Assembly (NCBI GenBank): GCA_032122615.1 | Contig: JAQBGF010000009.1 | Coordinates: forward strand, 2,015-66,014 | Length of the DNA stretch: 64,000 nt | Source of the DNA: Gammaproteobacteria bacterium | GTDB taxonomy: Bacteria; Pseudomonadota; Gammaproteobacteria; Steroidobacterales; GCA-2729495 | Direction of reading: 5' to 3' | Shown: one piece after another, positions 43,537 to 53,443 of the stretch | How the letters are laid out: the number at the start of each line of letters is the position of its first letter | Position numbering within the stretch: the first letter of the stretch is position 1 | Notes under the pieces: generated by a model | Seen by the model: the letters and a program-made list of their open reading frames with translations, nothing else | Told to the model about the DNA's origin: nothing | Database searches by the model: none | Program-made: the position numbers and the translations under genes

Positions 43537-44760
43537 TCAGCCATTGGAGCGCCGTTCCGGCGCGTCCACGTACTCTACAACCTCAAGCCCGAAGCCCGAA
43601 ATTCCATGCATCTGTTTTGGCGCGCTGAGCACCCGCATGCGATGTACGCCAAGATCCCGCAGGATCTGGGCGCCGGTACCGTAACTGCGAAGAATCTGGC
43701 CACCGGGCGGGGCGCGCTGCGCCGTGCCGGCCGGCCGGCCGAGCGAATGGAAGGCAGCCAGCAGTTCTCGCGGCGTCTCGCCGTAGTGGAGCAGGACGAC
43801 GACGCCATGATCCGCCTTTGCGATCTGCTCCATGGCTGCATGCAATGGCCATCCGAGTTCCGGGCTGCGCACCCCTACCACATCGCCGAGCGTGTCCTGA
43901 ACGTGAACACGGACCAACGGCGGCTCGGGCCGTGCGAGATCACCCTTCACGAGTGCCAGGTGCACATTGCGGCTGATGTGATCCTCGTAGGCAACGAGGC
44001 GAAAAGTACCGAACTCCGTCTCCACGTTGTGCTCGGCAACGCGTTCTACAGATTCCTCATGCTGCAACCGGTAGCTGATCAAGGCCGCAATCGTGCCGAT
44101 CTTCAGACCATGCTCGCGGGCGAAGCCCTCAAGCTGTGGACGGCGCGCCATCGTGCCGTCTTCGTTCAGGATCTCGACGATCACCGCCGCCGGCTCGAAG
44201 CCGGCCAGCCGCGCGAGATCGCAACCGGCTTCTGTGTGACCCGCACGGGTCAACACACCACCAGACTGTGCCATGAGGGGAAAGATATGCCCCGGCTGGC
44301 GGAGGTCTTCCGGGTTTGCGTCCGGACTGACGGCCACCCGAACGGTGCGGGCCCGGTCCTGGGCAGAGATGCCGGTAGTGACTCCCTCAGCGGCCTCGAT
44401 CGAGACTGTGAAATTCGTACTCTGCTGCCGGTCGGTATCCCCGACCATCAATGGCAGGCGCAGTTGCTGACAGCGCGACCGCGTGAGGGTCAGGCAGATC
44501 AGCCCGCGGCCGAAACGGGCCATGAAGTTGATGTCTTCCGGCCGCACCTTGGCGGCAACCATGAGCAGATCACCCTCATTCTCACGGTCCTCGTCATCCA
44601 CGATGATGACCATCCGGCCCTGCCGCAGGTCCTCGATGATCGCCGGTACCGTACTGTGGTCGAGTGTGGTCGCGCCTGAAGGCGCTCCTACAGGGGCGGT
44701 CTCGCCCGTTGGAGCGTCTTCAGGCGCGACCCCAACAATGCTTTTCTTGACAGGAGTCAT
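43537..44760 (-). CDS. ribBA: bifunctional 3,4-dihydroxy-2-butanone-4-phosphate synthase / GTP cyclohydrolase II
   Basis: [19 protein letters not shown] (DHBPS) plus a C-terminal GCH-II-like half. It has a ~35-aa low-complexity N-terminal extension, so the start could be internal. Confidence 0.9.
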   Translation of the reverse strand: MTPVKKSIVGVAPEDAPTGETAPVGAPSGATTLDHSTVPAIIEDLRQGRMVIIVDDEDRENEGDLLMVAAKVRPEDINFMARFGRGLICLTLTRSRCQQLRLPLMVGDTDRQQSTNFTVSIEAAEGVTTGISAQDRARTVRVAVSPDANPEDLRQPGHIFPLMAQSGGVLTRAGHTEAGCDLARLAGFEPAAVIVEILNEDGTMARRPQLEGFAREHGLKIGTIAALISYRLQHEESVERVAEHNVETEFGTFRLVAYEDHISRNVHLALVKGDLARPEPPLVRVHVQDTLGDVVGVRSPELGWPLHAAMEQIAKADHGVVVLLHYGETPRELLAAFHSLGRPAGTAQRAPPGGQILRSYGTGAQILRDLGVHRMRVLSAPKQMHGISGFGLEVVEYVDAPERRSNG

Positions 44761-45350
44761 GTATTGCCCAGGAGTCTTTCCACGTAGCGTGCCATCAGGT
44801 CCACTTCGACGTTGACCCGCGAACCGGTTTGATAGTGTTGCATGATTGTGTGCCCAAGCGTGTGTGGCACCAGCGTGACCAGCACCTCACCGTCCGTCAC
44901 GTCATTGATGGTGAGGCTCACCCCGTCGATGCAGACGGAACCCTTCCGAGCGGCATACCGCTGCAGGGGTTCCGGCAGCGCAAATCGCAGGATCGCCGTG
45001 CCACCCTCCTCGCGCCGTTCGACAACCTCGCCCACCCCGTCCACATGCCCGGTAACCAGGTGCCCCCCGAGCGGATCGGCTAGCGTCAGCGCCGGCTCCA
45101 GGTTCACCGGACTCCCTGTCGTCAGGCCACCGAGCGTGGTCACCCGGAGCGTTTCCGCCGACACGTCCGCGGCAAACGTGCCACCACCGAACTCCACGAC
45201 CGTCAGGCAGGCGCCATTCACGGCAATGCTATCGCCCAGGTTAAACGCCCGGCTGCGCAGCGCACCGAGGTCGACGACCAGCCGCCGGCCCGATGAGCTT
45301 GTGGTGGTTCCGCGGACGGCGCCGACGCCCTGAATGATTCCGGTAAACAT
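44757..45350 (-). CDS. ribE: riboflavin synthase (alpha chain)
   Basis: [12 protein letters not shown]...[13 protein letters not shown]...[12 protein letters not shown] (duplicated lumazine-binding repeats). Confidence 0.95.
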   Translation of the reverse strand: MFTGIIQGVGAVRGTTTSSSGRRLVVDLGALRSRAFNLGDSIAVNGACLTVVEFGGGTFAADVSAETLRVTTLGGLTTGSPVNLEPALTLADPLGGHLVTGHVDGVGEVVERREEGGTAILRFALPEPLQRYAARKGSVCIDGVSLTINDVTDGEVLVTLVPHTLGHTIMQHYQTGSRVNVEVDLMARYVERLLGNT

Positions 45351-46465
45351 CAGGCAGATTTTCCTGCCGGGCTTGCCGGCGTGTAAACAAGGCGAAGGTC
45401 GTCGCCAATCTGCCGGACATTTTGCAGCCGGAACCCGGGACGTTCGGCCAGGCTGGCTAGCGGCAGCATATCGAACATACCGAGCGCATCGTTGCCGAGG
45501 ACGCTGGCCGCCATGTAGACGACGAGCTCATCGATCAGTCCTGCGGCGAGGAGCGCACCATTCAGCGTGGGACCTGCCTCAACCCACACCTCGTTGATCT
45601 CGAGTTCCCCGAGCCGCCGGAGAGCGGCCGCCACATCGACGCGACCGGCATCCAGTGGTGCAACCTCAACACGCGCCCCACCGGCCTCCAGCGCGCGCCG
45701 CCGGACGTCAGCGCCAGCACCGATCACCAGCGCTTCGCCGGGTCTGGCCAGAATCCGCGCGTCCGGTGGCGTGCGGTAGCGGGAATCGAGAATGACCCGC
45801 AGCGGCTGCTGTGGCAGGGGCTGGCCCGCTTCGCGGACGTTGAGTGCGGGATCATCAGCCAGGACCGTGCCAATGCCGGTCATGATCACCGCACTCCGCG
45901 CCCGCCAGCGCTGCACATCGTCGCGCGCAGCCGCAGCCGTGAGCCACTGGCTCTGGCCACCGGCAAGCGCCGTGCGCCCGTCAAGCGACGCGGCAATCTT
46001 GGTTCGTACCAGCGGCCAGCCACGCCGCATCCGGAGGATGTAGCCGGCGTTGAGCCGCTCCGACCCGGCTGCCAGCAGTCCGCCCTGAACCTCGATGCCT
46101 GCCGCGGCAAGCGCCTGTTCGCCGCCGCCGTTGACGCGCGGATTCGGATCCGCGGCGCCGTAAACCACCCGACCGATGCCGGCGGCGATCAGCCCGGCCG
46201 TGCACGGCGGCGTCCGGCCCGTATGGCAACAGGGCTCCAGCGTGACATAGGCCGTCGCGCCCCTGGCCGCGTTCCCGGCCCTGGCGAGTGCCTCTGCTTC
46301 GGCATGCGGACCGCCGGCACGCACGTGCCAGCCCTCGCCGACGACGGCAGCACCGGCAACGATCACGCAGCCGACGCGGGGATTCGGGTGGGTTGTGTTG
46401 AGGCCACGGGCAGCAAGGTGCAGAGCTTGTGCCATGTGGCGCCGATCGTCTGCCGTGAAACTCAC
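45350..46465 (-). CDS. ribD: bifunctional riboflavin biosynthesis deaminase/reductase RibD
   Basis: NPRVGCVIV...HAEAEAL...[14 protein letters not shown] (CDA zinc motif) plus a reductase half. Confidence 0.95.
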   Translation of the reverse strand: MSFTADDRRHMAQALHLAARGLNTTHPNPRVGCVIVAGAAVVGEGWHVRAGGPHAEAEALARAGNAARGATAYVTLEPCCHTGRTPPCTAGLIAAGIGRVVYGAADPNPRVNGGGEQALAAAGIEVQGGLLAAGSERLNAGYILRMRRGWPLVRTKIAASLDGRTALAGGQSQWLTAAAARDDVQRWRARSAVIMTGIGTVLADDPALNVREAGQPLPQQPLRVILDSRYRTPPDARILARPGEALVIGAGADVRRRALEAGGARVEVAPLDAGRVDVAAALRRLGELEINEVWVEAGPTLNGALLAAGLIDELVVYMAASVLGNDALGMFDMLPLASLAERPGFRLQNVRQIGDDLRLVYTPASPAGKSA

Positions 46466-46968
46466 GAGGACTCGTCCGGCAACAGCGGCAACTGGTTACG
46501 GCGCCGGTCGTCGTCACCGAGCTCCCGGAGCTTGCGAATTTCTTCCTGGAAAGACTCCACGTCCTGAAAACTCCGGTACACCGACGCGTAACGCACATAC
46601 GCCACCTCATCGAGCCGGCGCAATTCTTCCATAACGAGATCGCCAATCCGGCGCGACAGCACTTCACGCTCGCCCATCGTCTGCAGGCGGTGCGTGACGC
46701 GGGCCATCGCCTCCTCCACCGCCTCGCTGCTCACCGGCCGCTTCTCCAGTGCCCGGATGAATCCGCTGCGGAGCTTGTGGTCATCGAAGGGCTCCCGGCT
46801 GTCATCCCGCTTCACCACCCGCGGCATCACGAGTTCAGCGCTCTCAAATGTCGTGAAGCGCTCGGCGCAGCCGAGGCACTCGCGGCGTCGGCGAATCTGG
46901 GTACCTTCGCCCGCCAGACGCGAATCGATCACCTTCGTTTCCGGATGACTGCAGAACGGGCAGTGCAT
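46462..46968 (-). CDS. nrdR: transcriptional repressor NrdR
   Basis: [42 protein letters not shown] (zinc ribbon) plus an ATP-cone. Confidence 0.96.
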   Translation of the reverse strand: MHCPFCSHPETKVIDSRLAGEGTQIRRRRECLGCAERFTTFESAELVMPRVVKRDDSREPFDDHKLRSGFIRALEKRPVSSEAVEEAMARVTHRLQTMGEREVLSRRIGDLVMEELRRLDEVAYVRYASVYRSFQDVESFQEEIRKLRELGDDDRRRNQLPLLPDESS

Positions 46969-46989
46969 CGACTGGAACCGGGCCCGGAA

Positions 46990-48258
46990 CTACTGGTAAA
47001 CCGGGAAACGCCGGCAGAGTTCGATGACCTGCTCGCGGATCTTCGCCGCCCGCTTTTCATCCTTGATGTCATCGAGAATATCGGCAATCCAGCCGCTCAG
47101 CAGGCGGATCTCTGTGGCCCGGAATCCACGGGTGGTCACCGCGGGCGTGCCCAGGCGCAGTCCGCTCGTCACAAACGGCGAGCGGGGATCATTGGGCACC
47201 GCATTCTTGTTGACGGTGATGTGCGCGCCATCGAGCACCGCATCGGCATCCTTGCCCGTAATGTCCTTGCCAATGAGGTCGAGCAGGAACATGTGATTCT
47301 CGGTGCCGCCGGACACGATCTTGTAGCCACGCTCGATAAGGCATTGCGCCATCAACGCCGCATTGGCCTTCACTTCTTTCTGGTAGACCTTGAACTCGGG
47401 CTGAAGCGCCTCGAGGAAAGAAACTGCCTTGGCCGCGATCACGTGCATCAGCGGGCCGCCCTGCGTGCCCGGGAATACCAGCGAGTTCAGCTTCTTGTGA
47501 ATGTCGTCCTTCGCGGGATCCTGGCTCGGCCGCGCCAGTATCATGCCGCCGCGGGGACCCCGCAGCGTCTTGTGCGTCGTAGTGCTGGTCACATCCGCTA
47601 TCGGTACCGGGTTCGGATACTCGCCGACGGCCACCAGGCCCGCGACGTGCGCCATGTCGACGAACAGGTACGCGCCGACACTGTCGGCAATCTCCCGGAA
47701 CTTCTGCCAGTCGACGACGCGCGAGTACGCCGAGAAACCGGCAATGATCATGCGCGGCTTGTGCTGGCGAGCCAGGCTCGCCACTTCGTCGTAATTAATA
47801 AGACCCGTCTCGGCATCCACGCCGTACGAAACGATCTTGAACAGCCGGCCAGAGAAATTCACCGGCGAGCCGTGGGTGAGATGCCCGCCGTGCGCGAGGC
47901 TCATACCCAGCACGGTATCCCCCGGCTGCAACAGCGCCAGGTAGACAGCGGCATTGGCCTGGGACCCGGAGTGTGGCTGCACGTTGGCATACGCCGCCGA
48001 GAACAGTTGCTTCGCGCGATCAATCGCCAGGTTCTCCGCGATGTCCACGTACTGGCAGCCGCCGTAGTAGCGCTTGCCGGGGTAGCCCTCGGCGTACTTG
48101 TTCGTGAGCACGGAGCCCTGCGCTTCAAGCACGTGCTTGCTCACGTAATTCTCCGACGCAATCAGCTCGACATGCTCTTCCTGGCGGCGCTGCTCACTCT
48201 CGATCGAACGGGCAATATCCGGATCAAATCCGGCGAGTGTGGTGTGGGAATTGAGCAT
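46990..48258 (-). CDS. glyA: serine hydroxymethyltransferase
   Basis: I start at ATG 48258: [38 protein letters not shown]...[12 protein letters not shown] (PLP lysine). Confidence 0.96.
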   Translation of the reverse strand: MLNSHTTLAGFDPDIARSIESEQRRQEEHVELIASENYVSKHVLEAQGSVLTNKYAEGYPGKRYYGGCQYVDIAENLAIDRAKQLFSAAYANVQPHSGSQANAAVYLALLQPGDTVLGMSLAHGGHLTHGSPVNFSGRLFKIVSYGVDAETGLINYDEVASLARQHKPRMIIAGFSAYSRVVDWQKFREIADSVGAYLFVDMAHVAGLVAVGEYPNPVPIADVTSTTTHKTLRGPRGGMILARPSQDPAKDDIHKKLNSLVFPGTQGGPLMHVIAAKAVSFLEALQPEFKVYQKEVKANAALMAQCLIERGYKIVSGGTENHMFLLDLIGKDITGKDADAVLDGAHITVNKNAVPNDPRSPFVTSGLRLGTPAVTTRGFRATEIRLLSGWIADILDDIKDEKRAAKIREQVIELCRRFPVYQ

Positions 48259-48340
48259 GGGTGGGCTCCGCGTCAGAAAGCGCACCATTCTAGCCGAGGC
48301 TCGCCGGCCCGCGGGTCTTCCTGGCCGACCGGGGATCGAT

Positions 48341-49318
48341 TCAGGCTGCCTGCCCGGCGGCGACCAGGGCCTCGACAACGGCCGTCCACGCCAGCGCCAG
48401 ATTGCGGCGGTTATAGCCACCACCACCGGTCGCGAGCAATCGACCGTTGCACCAGCGGTCGGCCAGGGCGCACAGTCGCGCCGCCGCGTAGCCGTGGGCC
48501 GCCGGCGTGAATTTCAGGTGCGTGATCGGGTCGCCCCCCAGGCTGTCGGCGCCGCACTGGAACACGATGAATTCGGGCCGGAAATCGGCGATGTACGCCT
48601 CGACGCGCTCCCAGGCGCCCCGGAACTCGTGGTCCCCGGCCCCTGGCGCCAGGGGGATGTTCAGCTTGGTCATAAGGCCGGCTCCGCGCCCGGTTTCTTC
48701 TGCCGCGCCCGTGCCGGGATACAGGTAACGGCCATCCTCATGAATATCGGCGAAACCGATGTCGGGATCGTCCTCAAAGGCATAAAACACGCCGTCGCCG
48801 TGATGGGCATCGATATCCACGTAGGCGATACGCTTCAGGCCATGCCGGGACCGCAGCAATTCCAGCACAACGCCGCAGTCGTTGTAGACGCAAAACCCTG
48901 CCGCGTGGTCCCGCCCGGCGTGATGCAGGCCGGCGATCGGCACGAAGGCCCGGAGGGCGTGCCCGGCCATGATGTGCTCCATCGCGAATATCGAGGCGCC
49001 CACAACGGCTGCCGCGGCTGCATCCAGGCCGCGACGAGCGGGCGTGTCGCCGCCATCCAGCCAGCCGGAGCCAGCAAGGCACAGGGTTTCGATACGTGAA
49101 ATGTGCTCTCGGGTGTGAAACGCTGCCAGTTCGGCGTGTGTTGCCTCCATAGCGCACGCCAGAGTGACCCTGTGGTGCAGTCCGCGGTCGGCGAGCTCGC
49201 GATGAAATACATCGTGGCGGTCCGGACCGAAGGGGTGCCCGTCGCCAAAACCATAGGCGGCGATGTTCGCGCCCTTCAGCACGAGCACGTCACTGTGTCC
49301 CGACGCCACCGTCAGCAC
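48341..49318 (-). CDS. histone deacetylase-family (AcuC/acetylpolyamine amidohydrolase-like) protein
   Basis: [18 protein letters not shown]...[12 protein letters not shown]...GGGGY are the zinc/active-site motifs. The start is uncertain: GTG 49318 is my choice, and the longest ORF reaches 49429, only 8 nt from ettA. Confidence 0.8.
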   Translation of the reverse strand: MLTVASGHSDVLVLKGANIAAYGFGDGHPFGPDRHDVFHRELADRGLHHRVTLACAMEATHAELAAFHTREHISRIETLCLAGSGWLDGGDTPARRGLDAAAAAVVGASIFAMEHIMAGHALRAFVPIAGLHHAGRDHAAGFCVYNDCGVVLELLRSRHGLKRIAYVDIDAHHGDGVFYAFEDDPDIGFADIHEDGRYLYPGTGAAEETGRGAGLMTKLNIPLAPGAGDHEFRGAWERVEAYIADFRPEFIVFQCGADSLGGDPITHLKFTPAAHGYAAARLCALADRWCNGRLLATGGGGYNRRNLALAWTAVVEALVAAGQAA

Positions 49319-49437
49319 CCGATCAGTCCAACACGAGAGGCCTGAGTATAGCTTTGCAAGGTGTGGCCCTTGCCCGATAATGCGCCCTCTCTTTTCCCCC
49401 TCCAGAACGCGGCCAGAACGCGGAAGCAAGGATTTCA

Positions 49438-51111
<1,674 letters not shown>

Positions 51112-51125
51112 TCGGGAGCCGCCAC

Positions 51126-51842
51126 ATGACCGCCGCCATCACTGCAGACGGACGCTTCGAGCGCAGCGGCGGCACAAGTACGATGGAGTGTCCGCATTGC
51201 GGGGCCATCGGTCCGATGACAGTCACCGCGTTCCCCACCTTCGGCAAACTCAAGAGCGAACGCCCGACGCAGGTCGGCGTGGTCTTACAGTGCGACGCGT
51301 GCAAGACGCCCGTGTTCCTCCGCTACCGCACCCGCGCCTGGCGCGACGACCGGGTGGAACTGAATCCACTGCCCCAACCTGTCGAGCACCCGCCCGAGCG
51401 CTTCAGCCTGAGTTACCTGCCACCCGGCGTGGCGGGGCGATTCCGCGAGGCGCTGGCCTGCTACACCAGCGGCCTGTGGCAGGCCTTCGCTGCCATGTGC
51501 CGGCAAACCGCGCGCGCCACCTTCGATGACGTCGGTGACGCCGGCCGCCTCAGGATTTTTGACCTGGTTGCGGAGGTGCAGGATCTCGGCGCCATCGACG
51601 ATGCCACCTTCAATGCGGTGCGCCGGATCATCTTTGAGCCGGAAGCCGGCAAACAGGAACCCGAATTCGACCGGCGGCAGGCGGCGGCGCTGCTGGAAAC
51701 GATGAAGGACCTGCTCACGCAGACTTACGTCCGCCGCGCGAAACTGCGCCAGGCGCTGAAAGTGCGCCGTTTCTTTGCCAATCAGGCCGCGGGAATCGAC
51801 GAAGATGAGGACGAAGCCGGGCTTCCGGTCCGGAAGGCCTGA
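51126..51842 (+). CDS. hypothetical protein: N-terminal CxxC...CxxC zinc ribbon plus DUF4145-like helical domain
   Basis: MECPHCG...LQCDACKTPVF, then ...GRFREALACYTSGLWQAFAAMCRQTARATFDDVG...AVRRIIFEPE.... GGGAG lies 8 nt upstream of ATG 51126, which is 14 nt after the ettA stop. The DUF4145 assignment is from memory. Confidence 0.65.
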   Translation: MTAAITADGRFERSGGTSTMECPHCGAIGPMTVTAFPTFGKLKSERPTQVGVVLQCDACKTPVFLRYRTRAWRDDRVELNPLPQPVEHPPERFSLSYLPPGVAGRFREALACYTSGLWQAFAAMCRQTARATFDDVGDAGRLRIFDLVAEVQDLGAIDDATFNAVRRIIFEPEAGKQEPEFDRRQAAALLETMKDLLTQTYVRRAKLRQALKVRRFFANQAAGIDEDEDEAGLPVRKA

Positions 51843-51852
51843 GCCGTATCAG

Positions 51853-51870
51853 GCCGCGTTCAAGCGCGGC
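51853..51870. terminator. short hairpin between convergent genes
   Basis: GCCGCG-ttcaag-CGCGGC. There is no T-run, so this is weak. Confidence 0.25.
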
Positions 51871-51879
51871 GGGCCATCG

Positions 51880-52572
51880 TCACATGCCCGTGCCGGCGCT
51901 GGTTGCCACCGCGAGCAGCGCCTGGCGATCGGTCACGCGCAGGTGGCGGGGAGATTTGGCCACCCAACCACGGCTGTGCCACTCACTGAGATACTGATTG
52001 ACCACCTGCCGCGAAACGAAGACGAACTTGGCCAGCTCGGCCTGGGTGATATCGAGGCAACTCGTGCCGCTCGGGTCGACCCCGGTCAATTCGAGCACCC
52101 GGTGCGCCAGCCGTGCCGGTATATCTCGCTGCGAATACTCGCCAACGATCAGCCCGGTCACGACCCGCTGCCGCTGACAAAACACGGCGAGCAGGCCGAT
52201 GGATAGCCGCGGCTCGGCCGCAATGAGCCGCAGGAACTGGTCACGGCAGATCACGAACACCTCGGCGGTGGGCGCTGCGCGCGCCGTCGTGCAGCGGAGT
52301 AGCCCATCGATGCCGGATATCAGGCCGAAGATCCTGCCGGAGCCGTAGGCGTCGAGAAAGATTTCCCCATTGCTGGAGGACCGGGCGCTGATCTGCACCT
52401 GGCCGGAAATCACGCCGTAGATTGCTTCGGCGCGATCGCCCTCCGTAAAGATCGCTGAGCCCTGTTCGTAGCTGCGGCGCGTGGCCAGCTGGACGACCCG
52501 ATCAATGCCAGCGCTGTCCAGGTGGCGCAGTAACTCGTTATTCTGGAAGACTGCTCTTGCCGCATTCTTCAT
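51880..52572 (-). CDS. CRP/FNR-family transcriptional regulator (cNMP-binding-like domain plus C-terminal HTH)
   Basis: LLRHLDSAGIDRVVQLATRRSYEQGSAIFTEGDRAEAIYGVISGQVQI...RIFGLISG... then the HTH ITQAELAKFVFVSRQVVNQYLSEW. I start at ATG 52572 (AAGGA 9 nt upstream); 52581 is an alternative. Confidence 0.82.
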   Translation of the reverse strand: MKNAARAVFQNNELLRHLDSAGIDRVVQLATRRSYEQGSAIFTEGDRAEAIYGVISGQVQISARSSSNGEIFLDAYGSGRIFGLISGIDGLLRCTTARAAPTAEVFVICRDQFLRLIAAEPRLSIGLLAVFCQRQRVVTGLIVGEYSQRDIPARLAHRVLELTGVDPSGTSCLDITQAELAKFVFVSRQVVNQYLSEWHSRGWVAKSPRHLRVTDRQALLAVATSAGTGM

Positions 52573-52667
52573 GGGAACCATCCTTGGCTTCCAACCGACG
52601 TTTGCTAGCGGATACTGTGCCACAAGGCCTGCGGCCTGTCTGTTTCCGGCCACAGCAGACCCCACCC

Positions 52668-52685
52668 GTGTCAGCAGGCTGACAC
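52668..52685. promoter_or_regulatory. operator copy 1: GTGTCAGC-AG-GCTGACAC (perfect 8-2-8 palindrome)
   Basis: Read directly. It fits TGTCA-N6-TGACA spacing, as for CRP-family sites. Confidence 0.6.
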
Positions 52686-52711
52686 AAGCGATGCCCGGGA
52701 TCCCGCCCGGC

Positions 52712-52729
52712 GTGTCATCCAGATGACAC
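52712..52729. promoter_or_regulatory. operator copy 2: GTGTCATC-CA-GATGACAC (perfect 8-2-8 palindrome)
   Basis: Read directly. Its centre lies 44 bp from copy 1. Confidence 0.6.
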
Positions 52730-52782
52730 CGGGCAATAAATAATCGAACTATCCGGACCTTATCAGCCCTATTTAGAGCGCC

Positions 52783-52800
52783 GTGTCACTCGCGTGACAC
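52783..52800. promoter_or_regulatory. operator copy 3: GTGTCAC-TCGC-GTGACAC (7-4-7 palindrome)
   Basis: Read directly. Its centre lies 71 bp from copy 2 and about 111 bp upstream of the ATG at 52903. Confidence 0.6.
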
Positions 52801-52902
52801 CGGGACCCTGGTTTGTAGCGCAGTCTCGGTGGCGTGTCCGGTGCGGCTTGCCCGGGACAAGAGCAAGAAGACCGACTAGAAACAACCATAAGGAGTGCAG
52901 CC

Positions 52903-53307
52903 ATGACCAAGCGCAATCTATGCGTCGTCGCCTTGATCGGTGCGGGCCTGTTAGCTGCGGCACCACTGGCGCAGGCGGATGCTACCGACTCCCTCCTTGC
53001 CAGAGTTGGCAAGTTTCAGCTGGACAACGGCGAGACCAAAATCGTGAAGCGGGGGTCTGCCACCAAGGCCTACAGGGTCTGTATGAACGAGGGCCGCGGA
53101 GCCGTGCCGCTCAAGGTGACGTACGAAGACCAGGAGGTCATCGTGGAACCCGGCGAGTGCCGGTTGATCGAGGCCTCGAAGATCAGGCTGGCCAGCGCCA
53201 CCCGGCTGTCGGCCGGCATGACGTTGATCGGCAGCTTCGAGCCAGGACGCGGAAAGAGCTACAAGACCGATGTGAGCGTGGCCCAGACGACTCCCATCCC
53301 CTACTAG
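52903..53307 (+). CDS. small secreted hypothetical protein (134 aa precursor, two Cys)
   Basis: AAGGAG lies 7 nt upstream of ATG 52903. Signal peptide MTKRNLCVVALIGAGLLAAAPLAQA/DA. The mature part has Cys in RVCMNEG and PGECRLIE. I recognise no family. Confidence 0.7.
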   Translation: MTKRNLCVVALIGAGLLAAAPLAQADATDSLLARVGKFQLDNGETKIVKRGSATKAYRVCMNEGRGAVPLKVTYEDQEVIVEPGECRLIEASKIRLASATRLSAGMTLIGSFEPGRGKSYKTDVSVAQTTPIPY

Positions 53308-53392
53308 CGCAAGCGACCCGAGCGCAAGCAACCCCGCCGGAACCCGGCACTCCCCCACCCCGGTAACGGCGGGATTCGAGGAGCCCCCGGCG

Positions 53393-53419
53393 CCAGCGGC
53401 TAATACCAGCCGCTGGTTT
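53393..53419 (+). terminator. rho-independent-like terminator after the secreted-protein gene
   Basis: A 9-bp stem CCAGCGGCT / AGCCGCTGG with loop AATACC, followed by TTT. Confidence 0.5.
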
Positions 53420-53443
53420 GCCCGGGGGTGACGCCCGCCATCC

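Noticed and set aside
43042-44679. 545-aa + strand ORF
   Set aside because: It is antisense to ribH and ribBA, with no motifs. It is a GC-driven open frame.
43528-46989. FMN riboswitch expected somewhere in the rib cluster
   Set aside because: All junctions in nrdR-ribD-ribE-ribBA-ribH are overlapping or under 25 nt, so there is no room for a ~150-nt aptamer.
46690-48510. 606-aa + strand ORF
   Set aside because: It is antisense to nrdR, glyA and the 3' end of the HDAC-like gene, with no motifs.
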